A DNA stretch of 64,000 nucleotides from Gemmatimonadales bacterium (GTDB lineage: Bacteria; Gemmatimonadota; Gemmatimonadetes; Gemmatimonadales; GWC2-71-9). Positions 28,759-38,581 of this stretch are shown here, one piece after another (the first letter of the stretch is position 1; every line of letters begins with the position of its first letter). The stretch covers positions 8,888 to 72,887 of the forward strand of contig DATBLR010000091.1 of assembly GCA_036555275.1 (NCBI GenBank), in the 5' to 3' direction. Below the pieces are notes generated by a model, which did no database searches, was not told where the DNA came from, and saw only the letters and a list, made by a program, of their open reading frames with translations. A program made the position numbers and the translations under genes.

Positions 28759-29903
28759 GGGGTACCCTCGGCGCGAGCTGGGACTTCCCCGTCGCTGACC
28801 CGCAGCCGGAACGGCAGGCCCGGAGCAAACTGCACCCGCCGCCGGAGCACCCGGCCGGTCTCATCACGCGCCACGCTGTAGCCCCGCTCGAGCACCCGGA
28901 GCGGCGACAGGGCGTCAAGCTGCGCGGCCAGACGCTCGAGGTCCCGCCGCGGCCGCTCCAGCTCGCGAGCCAGCGCCACCTCCAGCCGATCCGCGGTCCG
29001 GGCCAGCCGCTCCGCCGCCAGCCGGGTGCTGCGGCGGAGAGCGTTCCCCAGCCGGAGCCCGAGCGCGCCGACCTGGCGGGCGAGGTCACCCCGGTCCGGT
29101 ACTGCCAACTCGATCGCCTGGGACGGCGTGGCGGCCCGCACATCGGCGACAAGGTCAGTCAGCGACAGATCGGTTTCATGTCCGACCGCCGATATCGTCG
29201 GGACCCGGACCCGGGCCAGCGCGCGGCACACTACTTCACTGTTGAAGACGGTCAGATCCTCCTTGGAGCCGCCCCCGCGCCCGATGACGCAGACGTCAAT
29301 CCGCTCCAGCCGGTTGACGATCCCGAGCGCGTGCACGATTTCCCCCTCCGCCTCTGCCCCCTGCACCTTGCTCCCCACCACCAGGAGCTCGACCGCCTGC
29401 CACCGCTTCCGGGTGACCGTGATCATGTCGCGGAGCGCGGCCCCGTCCAGGCTGGTGACGACCGCGATCCGTTCCGGCAGTGCCGGCAACGGCCGTTTCC
29501 GGGTGGGGTCGAACAGGCCGTCCCTCTCCAGCGCCCGACGGACCCGCTCCAGCTCCAGCTGCTGGCGACCGATCTGGTCGGTGACCAGAAGCTCGGTTAC
29601 GTTGAGCCGGAACTCGCCCCGGTCCTCCCACACGGTGGGCGTTCCAAGCACGAAGACCTGGGTGCCGTCCGCCGGTGGCGGGCCCTTGAGCCGGCTCGCG
29701 TACCTCTGCCACATCACTACGCGAATCTGCGACTCGGCATCCCGCAAGGTGAAGTACCAGTGGCCGCTCTGGTACACCTTGAGACCGGACAGCTCACCCC
29801 GTACCCATAGCGCGCCCATGCTCCCCTCGAGCACCCGGCGGGCCGTTCTGGCGAGGAGGGTGGGAGTCCAGGGGAGATCAGAACCGGAGAAGAGGTCGGG
29901 CAT
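28755..29903 (-). CDS. xseA: exodeoxyribonuclease VII large subunit
   Basis: 382 aa. OB-fold N-terminus VRGELSGLKVYQSGHWYFTLRD, catalytic core, coiled C-terminus. Confidence 0.9.
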   Translation of the reverse strand: MPDLFSGSDLPWTPTLLARTARRVLEGSMGALWVRGELSGLKVYQSGHWYFTLRDAESQIRVVMWQRYASRLKGPPPADGTQVFVLGTPTVWEDRGEFRLNVTELLVTDQIGRQQLELERVRRALERDGLFDPTRKRPLPALPERIAVVTSLDGAALRDMITVTRKRWQAVELLVVGSKVQGAEAEGEIVHALGIVNRLERIDVCVIGRGGGSKEDLTVFNSEVVCRALARVRVPTISAVGHETDLSLTDLVADVRAATPSQAIELAVPDRGDLARQVGALGLRLGNALRRSTRLAAERLARTADRLEVALARELERPRRDLERLAAQLDALSPLRVLERGYSVARDETGRVLRRRVQFAPGLPFRLRVSDGEVPARAEGTP

Positions 29904-29926
29904 GTGGAGAACGGTTCCTGAAAGGA

Positions 29927-30074
29927 GGCGTTCGCTGAGGCGTTCAGCGTTCAGCGTAGAGGGTTCAGGGCCGGACCCTTCAGAGTCTAACTAAGGAGAA
30001 CGCTCCGTCGTCTAGCCCGGAATGGTGTGCCGGGCACCCCTGAACGCTGTACGCTGTGCCCTGAACGCTGCCCC
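29927..30074. repeat. opposed heptamer-repeat arms, GTTCAGCG family, ~66-nt unique centre, between xseA start and folD stop
   Basis: Left arm ggcgttcgctgaggcgttcagcgttcagcgtagagggttcaggg. Right arm cccctgaacgctgtacgctgtgccctgaacgctgcccc. Confidence 0.9.
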
Positions 30075-30956
30075 TCACATCCTCTGCTTCATCGCCTGCA
30101 ACGTGTTGGCCATCAGCATCGCGATTGTCATTGGCCCAACTCCGCCGGGGACGGGCGAGATCGCCGAGGCGACTTCGACGCACTGATTGTACGCGACATC
30201 GCCGGTCAGGCGGTAGCCTTTGGGGTGAGTGGGGTCGTCCACCCGGTTGATCCCCACGTCGATCACGACCCCGCCCGGCTTGACCATATCGCCGGTGACG
30301 AATTCGGCCTTGCCGATCGCGGCGATCAGAATGTCCGCGCTGCGGCAGACGGCGGGGAGATCCCGGGTGCGAGAATGGCAGACGGTGACGGTGGCGTCTC
30401 CCCCCGGCCCCTGCTGGATCAGCAGGTTGGCCATCGGCTTGCCCACGATGGTGCTGCGACCGAGCACCACTGCGTGAGCGCCCCTGGTCTCGATGCCGCT
30501 GCGCATCAGCATCTGGATTACTCCCCACGGGGTACAGGGCCGGAGCACCGTGGGGTCACCGATGACCAGCTTGCCGACATTCACCGGGTGGAAGCCGTCG
30601 ACATCCTTCATTGGATCGAGACGCAGCAGCACCTTCTGGCTGTTGATGTGCTTGGGCAGCGGCAACTGGACCAGGATTCCGTGGATTGCCGGGTCGGCGT
30701 TGAGCTGGTCCACGATCGTGAGCAGCTCCGCCTCGGTGATGGTGGCGGGACGGGTGATCTTGACCGAGTGCATGCCAGCCTCGGTACACGCCTTGTCCTT
30801 GCTGCTCACATAGGCTTTGGAGGCGGGGTCCTCGCCCACCAGGACGACGGCCAGCCCGGGGACGACGCCCCTGGCCTTGAGGCGGGCGGTTTCTTCGGCC
30901 ACCTCCTGCCGGATGGTCCGGCCGAGGGCGACTCCGTCGATGATGCGTGCGGTCAT
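30075..30956 (-). CDS. folD: bifunctional methylenetetrahydrofolate dehydrogenase/cyclohydrolase
   Basis: 293 aa. [45 protein letters not shown]. Confidence 0.93.
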   Translation of the reverse strand: MTARIIDGVALGRTIRQEVAEETARLKARGVVPGLAVVLVGEDPASKAYVSSKDKACTEAGMHSVKITRPATITEAELLTIVDQLNADPAIHGILVQLPLPKHINSQKVLLRLDPMKDVDGFHPVNVGKLVIGDPTVLRPCTPWGVIQMLMRSGIETRGAHAVVLGRSTIVGKPMANLLIQQGPGGDATVTVCHSRTRDLPAVCRSADILIAAIGKAEFVTGDMVKPGGVVIDVGINRVDDPTHPKGYRLTGDVAYNQCVEVASAISPVPGGVGPMTIAMLMANTLQAMKQRM

Positions 30957-32530
30957 CGGGCCACGTCCACCGCTCGGGTCTCGCGAATGACGACCACCTT
31001 GATCTGGCCGGGATACTGCAGTTCGCCCTCGATCCGCCGGGCGATCTGGTCGGAGAGCGTCACCGCCTGGGTGTCGTCCACCTTGTCCGGCGTCACGATG
31101 ACCCGGACTTCCCGGCCGGCCTGGATCACGCTGGACTTCTCCACGCCGGGGAAGCTGTTGGCGATTTCCTCCAGCATGGTCAGCCGCTTCACGTAGCTCT
31201 CAAATGCTTCCCGTCGGGCACCCGGCCGGGACCCGCTGATCGCATCGGCGGCCTGCACCAGCACCGATTCGGCGCTCTCGTGGGGCACATCGTCGTGGTG
31301 GGCGTGGATGCAGTTGATAACCAGGGGACTTTCCCCGTACCGGCGCGCGACATCCACGCCCAGCTCCACGTGGGTGCCCTCGCTCTCGTGGGTGAGCACC
31401 TTGCCGATGTCGTGCAGGAGCGCGCCCCGCTTGGCGAGCTGGACATCGAGGTGAAGTTCGGCCGCCAGAATGCCGGCCAGCCACGCCACTTCCTTGGAAT
31501 GGTCGTAGATGTTCTGGCCGTAGGAGGTGCGGTAACGCATCCGGCCGATCAGCCGGATCAGTTCCGGGTGCAGGCCATGAACGCCGGTTTCGAACGCCGC
31601 CTTCTCCCCCAGCTCCTGCATCTCGGTGGCCAGGTCCTTCTCGGCCTTGGCCACCAGTTCCTCGATCCGGCCCGGATGGATCCGGCCATCCGTGATCAGG
31701 GCTTCGAGCGAGCGCCGGGCCACCTCGCGGCGTACCGGATCAAAACAACTGATGATCACCGTGTCCGGGGTGTCGTCGATGATCACGTCCACGCCGGTCG
31801 CCTGCTCGAAGGCGCGGATGTTCCGCCCTTCCCGCCCGATGATGCGCCCCTTCATTTCATCACTGGGGAGAGCCACCGCCGACACGGTCGTTTCGGCCGT
31901 ATGCTCCGCGGCGATGCGCTGCACCGCAAGGGCCACGATCTTCCGGGCGTCCTTGTCGGCCGCCCGCTTGGCCTGTTCCCGGATTTCGCGGGCCAGCGCC
32001 TGGGCCTGGCTCCGGACCTCGTCCTCGACTCGCTGCAGGACCTCCCGGCGAGCTTCCTCCGCCGTCAGCCCGGCAATCCGCTCCAGCCGTTGGCGCTGCT
32101 CCTGCAGCAACTGCTCGACCTCGGTCTCCCTCTCCCGCAGCGTTGCGTCCCGCTGGGCCAGGGCCACTTCGCGCACCCCGAAGCCCATCTCCTGGCGCCG
32201 CACCTCCTCCAACTTCCGCTCCAGCGAGCTGTCCCGCTCCTCGGCCCGCCGCTCGAACCGGTCCCATTCCTCGCGCCGGCGCTGGGCCTCCTTGTCCAGA
32301 TCCTCGCGCAGCCGGAGGATCTCCATTTTGCCTTCGAGGACGATCTGGTTGCGGGCTTCGTGGGCCTTGTTGCCTGCCTCGGCGACCAGGCTCTGTGCTT
32401 CCTTGCGGGCGGCGTCCAGGGTGCGCGCCGCGCCTTGCCGCTGGATCCGGCTATAGAGGAGGAACACCACCATGGCCACGACGAGACCGGCAATGAGCCC
32501 CTCGGCGAGGGGCAGCTGGAGCGGCGACAT
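30953..32530 (-). CDS. rny: ribonuclease Y (TM - coiled coil - KH - HD)
   Basis: ORF 30953..32653. Likely start is [25 protein letters not shown] at 32530. KH ([13 protein letters not shown]) and HD (LLHDIGK). Confidence 0.92.
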   Translation of the reverse strand: MSPLQLPLAEGLIAGLVVAMVVFLLYSRIQRQGAARTLDAARKEAQSLVAEAGNKAHEARNQIVLEGKMEILRLREDLDKEAQRRREEWDRFERRAEERDSSLERKLEEVRRQEMGFGVREVALAQRDATLRERETEVEQLLQEQRQRLERIAGLTAEEARREVLQRVEDEVRSQAQALAREIREQAKRAADKDARKIVALAVQRIAAEHTAETTVSAVALPSDEMKGRIIGREGRNIRAFEQATGVDVIIDDTPDTVIISCFDPVRREVARRSLEALITDGRIHPGRIEELVAKAEKDLATEMQELGEKAAFETGVHGLHPELIRLIGRMRYRTSYGQNIYDHSKEVAWLAGILAAELHLDVQLAKRGALLHDIGKVLTHESEGTHVELGVDVARRYGESPLVINCIHAHHDDVPHESAESVLVQAADAISGSRPGARREAFESYVKRLTMLEEIANSFPGVEKSSVIQAGREVRVIVTPDKVDDTQAVTLSDQIARRIEGELQYPGQIKVVVIRETRAVDVAR

Positions 32531-32644
32531 GCGATCTATTCTCCAGGAGCGCGCCGGGCGGCACAGCTCCATCGTGGACATCGGGATGACAACGACACGA
32601 CAATGTGTGTGTTGGGCCCGCACGGGCCCAGGGCCTGCACAAGT

Positions 32645-32690
32645 GGGCCGCATGCATGCGGCCCCTACCCTGGATGCGGCTCCTACCCTG
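32645..32690. repeat. GC-rich palindrome family member (GGGCCGCATGCATGCGGCCCCTACCC + partial second copy) between zapA and rny
   Basis: gggccgcatgcatgcggcccctaccctggatgcggctcctaccctg read directly. Confidence 0.85.
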
Positions 32691-33009
32691 GAATACCGTG
32701 TGAACCCGACGCCCGTCGGCCGCGTTTGGCCGGCGGCAGTAGCCGGGCCAGATCGTCCGCCATCGCGTTCAGACGTGCTGCGTGCTCCCGGTCCCCTCGC
32801 CGGGCCTGAAACAGCTCGTCGGTGATGGCCAGGGCAGCGAGAATCGCCGCCTTGTGGGTTTCGACCTGGGGTAGCATCTCCCGGATGCGGCGCAGAGCGG
32901 CGTCGACGTAGGCCGCCACCTCCCGGGTGTACTCCGGCGGCAGTTCTGACCGGACGGTGTAATCCTCACCGCCGATGGTCACCCGTACGGCATGTTTCGG
33001 CGGGTTCAC
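32683..33009 (-). CDS. zapA: cell division protein ZapA
   Basis: ORF 32683..33231. Likely GTG start at 33009 forms a GTGA overlap with the upstream stop. VTIGGEDYTVRSELPPEYTREVAAYVDAALRRI. Confidence 0.8.
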   Translation of the reverse strand: MNPPKHAVRVTIGGEDYTVRSELPPEYTREVAAYVDAALRRIREMLPQVETHKAAILAALAITDELFQARRGDREHAARLNAMADDLARLLPPAKRGRRASGSHGIPG

Positions 33010-33317
33010 GCGGCTCCCTCGTCGGCGTCCTGCTCCAGAAAGCCAAGCCGGTTGGCCAGCATTCGCAGCCGGTCCCGGGCCGCGTCCATCCGCTCCCGGA
33101 AGGCCTGGTTTTCGACCTCCAGCTCGATCAGCCGCTGCCGGGACTGGATCAGCTCGGGTCCCGCCAGCACTCCACCCTTGGCCCGCGCCTCGGCCAGTTC
33201 GGCTTCCGCCTTGAGCGAGCGGCGCCGCCACGCCGCCAGCTCCTCTCCCACGTACTGCAGGAGGTCGCCCAGCTCCTGGACCGCTTTGGCGTCAGGACGT
33301 TCGTAGGCGTGCGTCAA
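33006..33317 (-). CDS. coiled-coil protein upstream of zapA (ZapB-like, hypothetical)
   Basis: 103 aa, heptad-rich (AELAEARAKG...LIELEVENQAFRERMDAARDRL), translationally coupled to zapA. Confidence 0.55.
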   Translation of the reverse strand: MTHAYERPDAKAVQELGDLLQYVGEELAAWRRRSLKAEAELAEARAKGGVLAGPELIQSRQRLIELEVENQAFRERMDAARDRLRMLANRLGFLEQDADEGAA

Positions 33318-35667
33318 GTTCCTGCTCCAGGGTTTTCAGCAGACGGCTCACCAGCCCGTCCACTTCCTCGTCGCGAACCGTCCGATCCGGCGCCCGCACC
33401 GTGAGGCGGAACTGGACCGCCCGGCGATCGCTTCCCAGCTCGTCGGACCGGAACTCACTCACCACGTCCACCGACTCCAGCAGTGCGCCACCGGCCCTGC
33501 GCATCGCACGCACCACATCACCCGCGGAGGTCCCCGCGGTAAGGATCAGGTTCAGGTCCCGCCACGAAGACGGGGTAACCGGGAGTGCACTGTAGCGCGG
33601 CGCCGGTCGCGGAGCATCGCTCAGGTCCAGCTCGAAGCCGAGCACCGGACCCGCCCACGCGGGCGGGGTGATGTCGAGTCGTTCGGCCCGACCCACCCGC
33701 TCTCCCGCTGCTGTTTCCGCGATCCAGCCCTGCGAATGAACTTGCACGGTCGCTGCCGGATTTGCCAGAGCCACTGCGGCCTCAAAGAGGGACTTGAGAT
33801 CCCACAGATCGAAGTCCCGCGTCTTGCCGCTCTCGGTCCAGTGGGGCGGAACCCGGGAGCCGCTGATAACGCCGGCGACCCGGATTCTCTCCACCGGGCG
33901 ACCATCGCCGCGGCCCTGGCGGAAGGTGATGCCGATCTCGAACAGCCTGATGTCCCGCACCTGCTGCGACCAGTTGGCCGCTACCGCCCGACTCAACCCG
34001 CCGAGCAGAGTCTGGCGAAGCCAGGCCTCCTCGGTCGAGAGCGGATTGAGCAGCTTGACGCTGCCAGGACCCTCGTTGGGCCCGAGCGGCAGCGACTGGG
34101 CTTCCAGCAGGCCGAGCGCCGCCAGACCGTCCCGCACCCGGGCGATGGCCTGGTCCATCGGGGAGTCGCCCAACCGCCCCACCCGATAGGGACGGAGATC
34201 GGTCGGAAAGCTGTCGTACCCATGCAGCCGGGCGACCTCCTCGATGAGGTCGATCTCGGCGACCAGGTCGGGCCGCCACCCCGGCACATCCACGGCCAGC
34301 CGTCCATCCTCCGGCTTGTTGAGCACCGTGCAGCCGATGGCAACCAGGTACTTCTCGATCGCCGCCACCGGAAGGGGCGCGCCCAGGACCTGCGCCACTC
34401 GTGCGACGCGCAGAAAAATCCGTGGCGGGTTGACCGGCCTGGGCCAGACATCCACCCCGTCCTCGATCCGTCCGCCGGCGGTGGCGACGATCAGGGCGGC
34501 GGCACGCCATTGCGCTTCCGGCAGCCCCCACAGATCCACGCCCCGCTCGAAGCGATAGGACGCATCGGTCGAAAGGCCCAGGCTGCGCCGGGTCCGGCGA
34601 ATGCGCGGCGGATCGAACCAGGCGCACTCCAACAGCAGGTCGGTCGTGGTCTCGCTGACCTCGGTGTTTGCGGCCCCCATCACGCCACCCACTCCGATCA
34701 GCCGGTTCGCGTCGGCGATTCCGGTCATCTCGGCAGTCAGGGTCCGTTCGACCCCGTCCAGCGTGGTGACTTTCTCCGAGCCCCGCGCCCGGCGCGCCAC
34801 GACCATGGGGCCCTCGAGCCGGGCCAGATCGTAGGCGTGCATGGGGTGATTCAGCTCCAGCATGACGTAGTTGGTGACATCCACCACGTTGTTGATGCTG
34901 CGCACACCGGCGGCCTGCAACCGATCGACCAGCCAGCCGGGTGAGGGCCCGATCTTCACGCCGCGGATCACCGTCGCGGTGAATCGCCGGCATCCCACGG
35001 CATCGTCGGTCCCTACGGTCACTCCGGCCACCGTGCCTCGCGCCGCCTCAACCCGCCGGAGCGCACCCATGCCCTCGGCCGGAATCCCGGGGATCTCCGG
35101 TAGCCTGAAGGGCACGCCGTAGCTCTGCGCCACCTCCCGCGCCACGCCCTTGTGACCGAGCAGATCCGGTCGGTTGGGGGTGATGTCCAGCAACAGCCGA
35201 TCGTCTCCGACGGGGAGCGCCGTCAGGAGCGGCGTTCCCGGCGTCGCTTCGGTGTCCAGCTCCAGAATGCCGTCGTGGTCCTGGCCCAGACCCAGCTCCC
35301 GGGCGGAGCAGAGCATTCCTTCCGAGAGCTCGCCGCGAATCTTGCGACGCTCCAGCGTCACCCCACCCGGGAGCGTGACCCCGACCCGCGCGAACGGGTA
35401 CTTCCTCCCGGCCGTGACGTTGGGCGCACCGCACACCACCTGGCGCCGGGCCCCCGAGCCGTCGTCGACTTCACACAGGGTCAGCCGATCGGCGTTGGGA
35501 TGGGCACGCACCGATTCCACGAGCCCCACTACCACCTGTTCCAGCCCCGGGTGCAACGGCTCGATGCCGTCCACGGACACTCCGAGCATGGCGAGGCGCG
35601 CGGCCAGGTCGCCGACGTCGAGTGGGCGGCGCAGGAACGCCTCGAGCCAGCGGCGGGAGAGGTTCAT
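33292..35667 (-). CDS. pheT: phenylalanine--tRNA ligase beta subunit
   Basis: ORF 33292..35811. Likely start is MNLSRRWLEAFL at 35667. tRNA-binding, B3/4 and B5 domains and C-terminal anticodon-binding-like domain recognisable. Confidence 0.93.
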   Translation of the reverse strand: MNLSRRWLEAFLRRPLDVGDLAARLAMLGVSVDGIEPLHPGLEQVVVGLVESVRAHPNADRLTLCEVDDGSGARRQVVCGAPNVTAGRKYPFARVGVTLPGGVTLERRKIRGELSEGMLCSARELGLGQDHDGILELDTEATPGTPLLTALPVGDDRLLLDITPNRPDLLGHKGVAREVAQSYGVPFRLPEIPGIPAEGMGALRRVEAARGTVAGVTVGTDDAVGCRRFTATVIRGVKIGPSPGWLVDRLQAAGVRSINNVVDVTNYVMLELNHPMHAYDLARLEGPMVVARRARGSEKVTTLDGVERTLTAEMTGIADANRLIGVGGVMGAANTEVSETTTDLLLECAWFDPPRIRRTRRSLGLSTDASYRFERGVDLWGLPEAQWRAAALIVATAGGRIEDGVDVWPRPVNPPRIFLRVARVAQVLGAPLPVAAIEKYLVAIGCTVLNKPEDGRLAVDVPGWRPDLVAEIDLIEEVARLHGYDSFPTDLRPYRVGRLGDSPMDQAIARVRDGLAALGLLEAQSLPLGPNEGPGSVKLLNPLSTEEAWLRQTLLGGLSRAVAANWSQQVRDIRLFEIGITFRQGRGDGRPVERIRVAGVISGSRVPPHWTESGKTRDFDLWDLKSLFEAAVALANPAATVQVHSQGWIAETAAGERVGRAERLDITPPAWAGPVLGFELDLSDAPRPAPRYSALPVTPSSWRDLNLILTAGTSAGDVVRAMRRAGGALLESVDVVSEFRSDELGSDRRAVQFRLTVRAPDRTVRDEEVDGLVSRLLKTLEQELDARLRTS

Positions 35668-35670
35668 GTG

Positions 35671-35809
35671 AGGGCAGGCGGGCAGGCGGGCAGGCGGGCC
35701 GGCGGGCCGGCGGACCGGCGAGCGGAGAGCCACCTTCGCGATTCGAGGAGAAGGAGGACAGTACCCGAACGTACGAGCGCGCTCACTGCCCGCCTGCCCG
35801 CCCGCCTGC
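35671..35809. repeat. opposed heptamer-repeat arms, GGCAGGC/GGCGGGC family, inside the pheS-pheT operon
   Basis: Left arm agggcaggcgggcaggcgggcaggcgggccggcgggccggcggaccggcg. Right arm ctgcccgcctgcccgcccgcctgc, which encodes the last residues of PheS. Confidence 0.9.
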
Positions 35810-36943
35810 AAATTGCTCCAAGAACCTCATATCCCCCTCGTACAGCAACCTGATGTCCGTGATGCCATACCGGTTCATGGCGATCCGTCCCGGGCCCATC
35901 CCGAAGGCGAAGCCGGCGTAGCGCTCGGGATCGAGGTTGCAGTTTGCCAGCACGGTGGGATGAACCATCCCTGACCCGAGAATCTCCATCCAGCCGGTGC
36001 CCTTGCAGGCCGCGCATCCGGTTCCGCCGCACACGCCGCAGGTCACGTCCATCTCCGCAGACGGCTCGGTAAACGGAAAGAACGACGGCCGGAACCGGAC
36101 AGCGGTCTTCGCCCCGAAGAACTCATGGGCGAAGTGAATGAGCGTGGCCTTGAGGTCCACAAAGGAGATCCCCTCGTCAACCGCGAGGCCCTCGATCTGC
36201 GCGAACACGGGCGCGTGGGACGCGTCGAAGGTGTCCTTGCGGTAGGCGAGGCCGGGGATGACCACCCGGATGGGCGGCGGCTCCTGTTGCATGACCCGGA
36301 TCTGCACCGGGGAGGTGTGGGTCCGCATCAGCCAGCGACCCTGGTCACGCATCCGTCGCTCGGCCGGCTCGCGGCGCTCAAATCCCGCCTCGACACCCGA
36401 GGTCCGGTTCCTCCGGCGGTCCGCGCCGGAGCGCCGGTCGGGAATGTCGAGGTACAGGGTGTCGTGCATGTCCAGCGCGGGGTGATCCGGCGGAAAATTG
36501 AGCGCCCCGAAGTTGTACCACTCGGTCTCCACCTCGGGTCCGCTCGCGCGGGCAAACCCCAGGCCGTGGAAGATGCCGACGATCTCCTCGATGACCTGGG
36601 TGACCGGATGGGTACCGCCCCCCCACCGCTCCCGGCCCGGCATGGTGAGGTCCAGGCCCTGGGCCGCCCGTCCTTCCGCCTCCCGGATGAGCGCGGCCCG
36701 GCGGGCGGCGAACGCGGCTTCGAGCTCGGCCTTGAGCTTGTTGGCGTTCCCGCCGAGGACCCGCTTCTCGCTCTCGGAGAGTTTCGGCAGGATGGTCTTG
36801 AGGATTTCACTCAGGCGGCCCTGTTTGCGGCCGAGGAGCGAGATGTATTCCGCCTCGAGCTCCCGCTCTCCGAGGGTCGGGATCACCGACAATCGGGACG
36901 CGATCTGCTGCAGGTCGGTGAAGTACTTGGGTTGATCAGACAT
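35783..36943 (-). CDS. pheS: phenylalanine--tRNA ligase alpha subunit
   Basis: ORF 35783..37000. Likely start is MSDQPKYFTDL at 36943. HPALDMHDTLY, LMRTHTSPVQIR, FAFGMGPGRIAM. The C-terminal AGGRAGGQ is encoded by the repeat arm at 35786..35809. Confidence 0.93.
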   Translation of the reverse strand: MSDQPKYFTDLQQIASRLSVIPTLGERELEAEYISLLGRKQGRLSEILKTILPKLSESEKRVLGGNANKLKAELEAAFAARRAALIREAEGRAAQGLDLTMPGRERWGGGTHPVTQVIEEIVGIFHGLGFARASGPEVETEWYNFGALNFPPDHPALDMHDTLYLDIPDRRSGADRRRNRTSGVEAGFERREPAERRMRDQGRWLMRTHTSPVQIRVMQQEPPPIRVVIPGLAYRKDTFDASHAPVFAQIEGLAVDEGISFVDLKATLIHFAHEFFGAKTAVRFRPSFFPFTEPSAEMDVTCGVCGGTGCAACKGTGWMEILGSGMVHPTVLANCNLDPERYAGFAFGMGPGRIAMNRYGITDIRLLYEGDMRFLEQFAGGRAGGQ

Positions 36944-37026
36944 GGAGTTCCGGGCTGACAAGCAACGCGGGGTCACCCACCACCGGGCGGGCGACCCCAC
37001 GGATGGATCTCGGGGTCAGACACGCC

Positions 37027-37380
37027 CTACGCGTGAGCCCGCGCTACCTCGGCGATCTTCGCGAAGGCGTCGATGTCCCTCACAGCCAGGTCGGCCAGAA
37101 CCTTCCGGTTGACCTCGACACCTGCCTTCCGCAGCGCCGCCATGAACCCGCTGTAGTTGAACCCGTGCATCCGGGCGGCGGCGTTGATGCGGGTGATCCA
37201 CAGGCTGCGAAATTCGGTCTTCTTCTTGCGCCGGTCGCGATAGGCATACTGCATCGCCCGCTCGACCGTTTCCTTGGCCGGCTTGTAGAGCTTGCTCCGG
37301 GCGCCACGCGCACCCTTGGCGGCGCGCATGATTTTCTTCTTCCGGGCGTGGTGAGCGACGTTGCTCTTGACGCGAGGCAT
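37027..37380 (-). CDS. rplT: 50S ribosomal protein L20
   Basis: 117 aa. [37 protein letters not shown]. Confidence 0.95.
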   Translation of the reverse strand: MPRVKSNVAHHARKKKIMRAAKGARGARSKLYKPAKETVERAMQYAYRDRRKKKTEFRSLWITRINAAARMHGFNYSGFMAALRKAGVEVNRKVLADLAVRDIDAFAKIAEVARAHA

Positions 37381-37390
37381 GGTCTCCTCC

Positions 37391-37585
37391 TTACGCCTGG
37401 AGCAGGCGGTTCACCCGCGGGAAATCGGCCGAGGCCACCAGGGCGCTCTTCTTGAGCCGGTTCTTCCGCTTACGGGTCTTCTTGGTCAGGATGTGCGTGT
37501 GGTTGGCATGAAACCGTTTGAGCTTCCCGGACCCGGTCCGCTTGAACCGCTTCATCGCCGCACGCTTGGTCTTCTGCTTTGGCAT
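37391..37585 (-). CDS. rpmI: 50S ribosomal protein L35
   Basis: ORF 37391..37639. Start is [24 protein letters not shown] at 37585. Confidence 0.93.
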   Translation of the reverse strand: MPKQKTKRAAMKRFKRTGSGKLKRFHANHTHILTKKTRKRKNRLKKSALVASADFPRVNRLLQA

Positions 37586-37604
37586 CGGTCGTTGGCTTTC
37601 AGTT

Positions 37605-37675
37605 GGCGGACGGGCGGACGGGCGGACGGGCGGACGCACACCTCTGTCCGCCGGTCCGCCATTCCGCCGGTCCGC
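37605..37675. repeat. heptamer-repeat hairpin, GGCGGAC family, between infC stop and rpmI start
   Basis: ggcggacgggcggacgggcggacgggcggacg, then cacacctct, then gtccgccggtccgccattccgccggtccgc. Confidence 0.92.
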
Positions 37676-38197
37676 TCATTTTGGCCCCATCACCATCACC
37701 ATGTTGCGGCCTTCGAGCTTCGCCTCCTGCTCGATCTTGCCGATGTCCGCGAGGCCGTTCGCGAACCGGTCCAGCACCGCTCGGCCCAGCTCGAGGTGAG
37801 CTATCTGCCGCCCCCGATACATCATGGTGACCTTCACCTTGTTGCCGTCCTCCAGGAACTCGCGGGCGTGCCGGCTCTTGAACTCGAAGTCATGCTCCTC
37901 GATGCCGGGACGGACCTTGATCTCCTTGAGGTGAATCACGTGCTGCTTCTTCTTGGCGGCCCGCGCCGCCTTCGCTTCCTCGAACTTGAACTTGCCGTAG
38001 TCCATGATCTTGACCACGGGGGGGCGTGCCGTCGGGGCCACCTCCACCAGATCCAGGCCACGCTCCAGCGCGGCGGCCAGTGCCTCCTCGACCGGCAGTA
38101 CACCCAGCTGCTCGCCTCCGGGGCCGATCACCCGGACCGGGCTGATCCGGATCTGCCGATTGATGCGGACCCGGCGCTCACGCTCGTTAGTGGACAG
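37676..38197 (-). CDS. infC: translation initiation factor IF-3
   Basis: ORF 37676..38293. RINRQIRISPVRVIGPGGEQLGVLPVEEAL...LDLVEVAP...VVKIMDYGKFKFE. The start is uncertain because infC commonly uses a non-canonical codon; 38197 is only a guess. Confidence 0.88.
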   Translation of the reverse strand: MSTNERERRVRINRQIRISPVRVIGPGGEQLGVLPVEEALAAALERGLDLVEVAPTARPPVVKIMDYGKFKFEEAKAARAAKKKQHVIHLKEIKVRPGIEEHDFEFKSRHAREFLEDGNKVKVTMMYRGRQIAHLELGRAVLDRFANGLADIGKIEQEAKLEGRNMVMVMGPK

Positions 38198-38417
38198 TGC
38201 GTCGCTCCCCAGGAAGAAGAAGCCGGACACCCGAGTACCCCTGGGTGTCCGGCGCGCGAAAGTGGGCACGCCCCCGGGCGGCCCACCGGTCATCGCTGGC
38301 TACGGACCCGGTCGCGCCGGCATCTCCGCCGGGCTCGGGGTGGGGGGCTGAACCCCCGCTTTCATGGAACAGGGGCAAAGCTAGCTCGGGAGGCACCGGG
38401 CGGTCAACTAGGGAGCA

Positions 38418-38443
38418 CGAGAGGACGAGAGGACGAGAGGACG
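38418..38443. repeat. short tandem 8-mer array (CGAGAGGA x 3), solo
   Basis: cgagaggacgagaggacgagaggacgg read directly in the gap upstream of infC. Confidence 0.8.
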
Positions 38444-38581
38444 GGCACGGAGCGCGAAGCCGGGCGCCGCGTCAAGCCGCCACGAAACCGGGGCCGGGTG
38501 GGGTGGTATTTGTCGCGGCGGCGAGGCGGCGCCCGGCGAGCGTTTCGCAAGGAGCAGCAGCCCACCGAGACGGTACCGGAC

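Noticed and set aside
36340-36450. Basic ~35-aa segment in PheS (DIPDRRSGADRRRNRTSGVEAGFERREPAERRMRDQGRW) as a possible repeat insertion.
   Set aside because: PheS proteins vary in length at exactly this position (between the HPARD-like motif and LRTHTS), and I see no heptamer periodicity in the DNA. It is treated as a normal lineage-specific loop.
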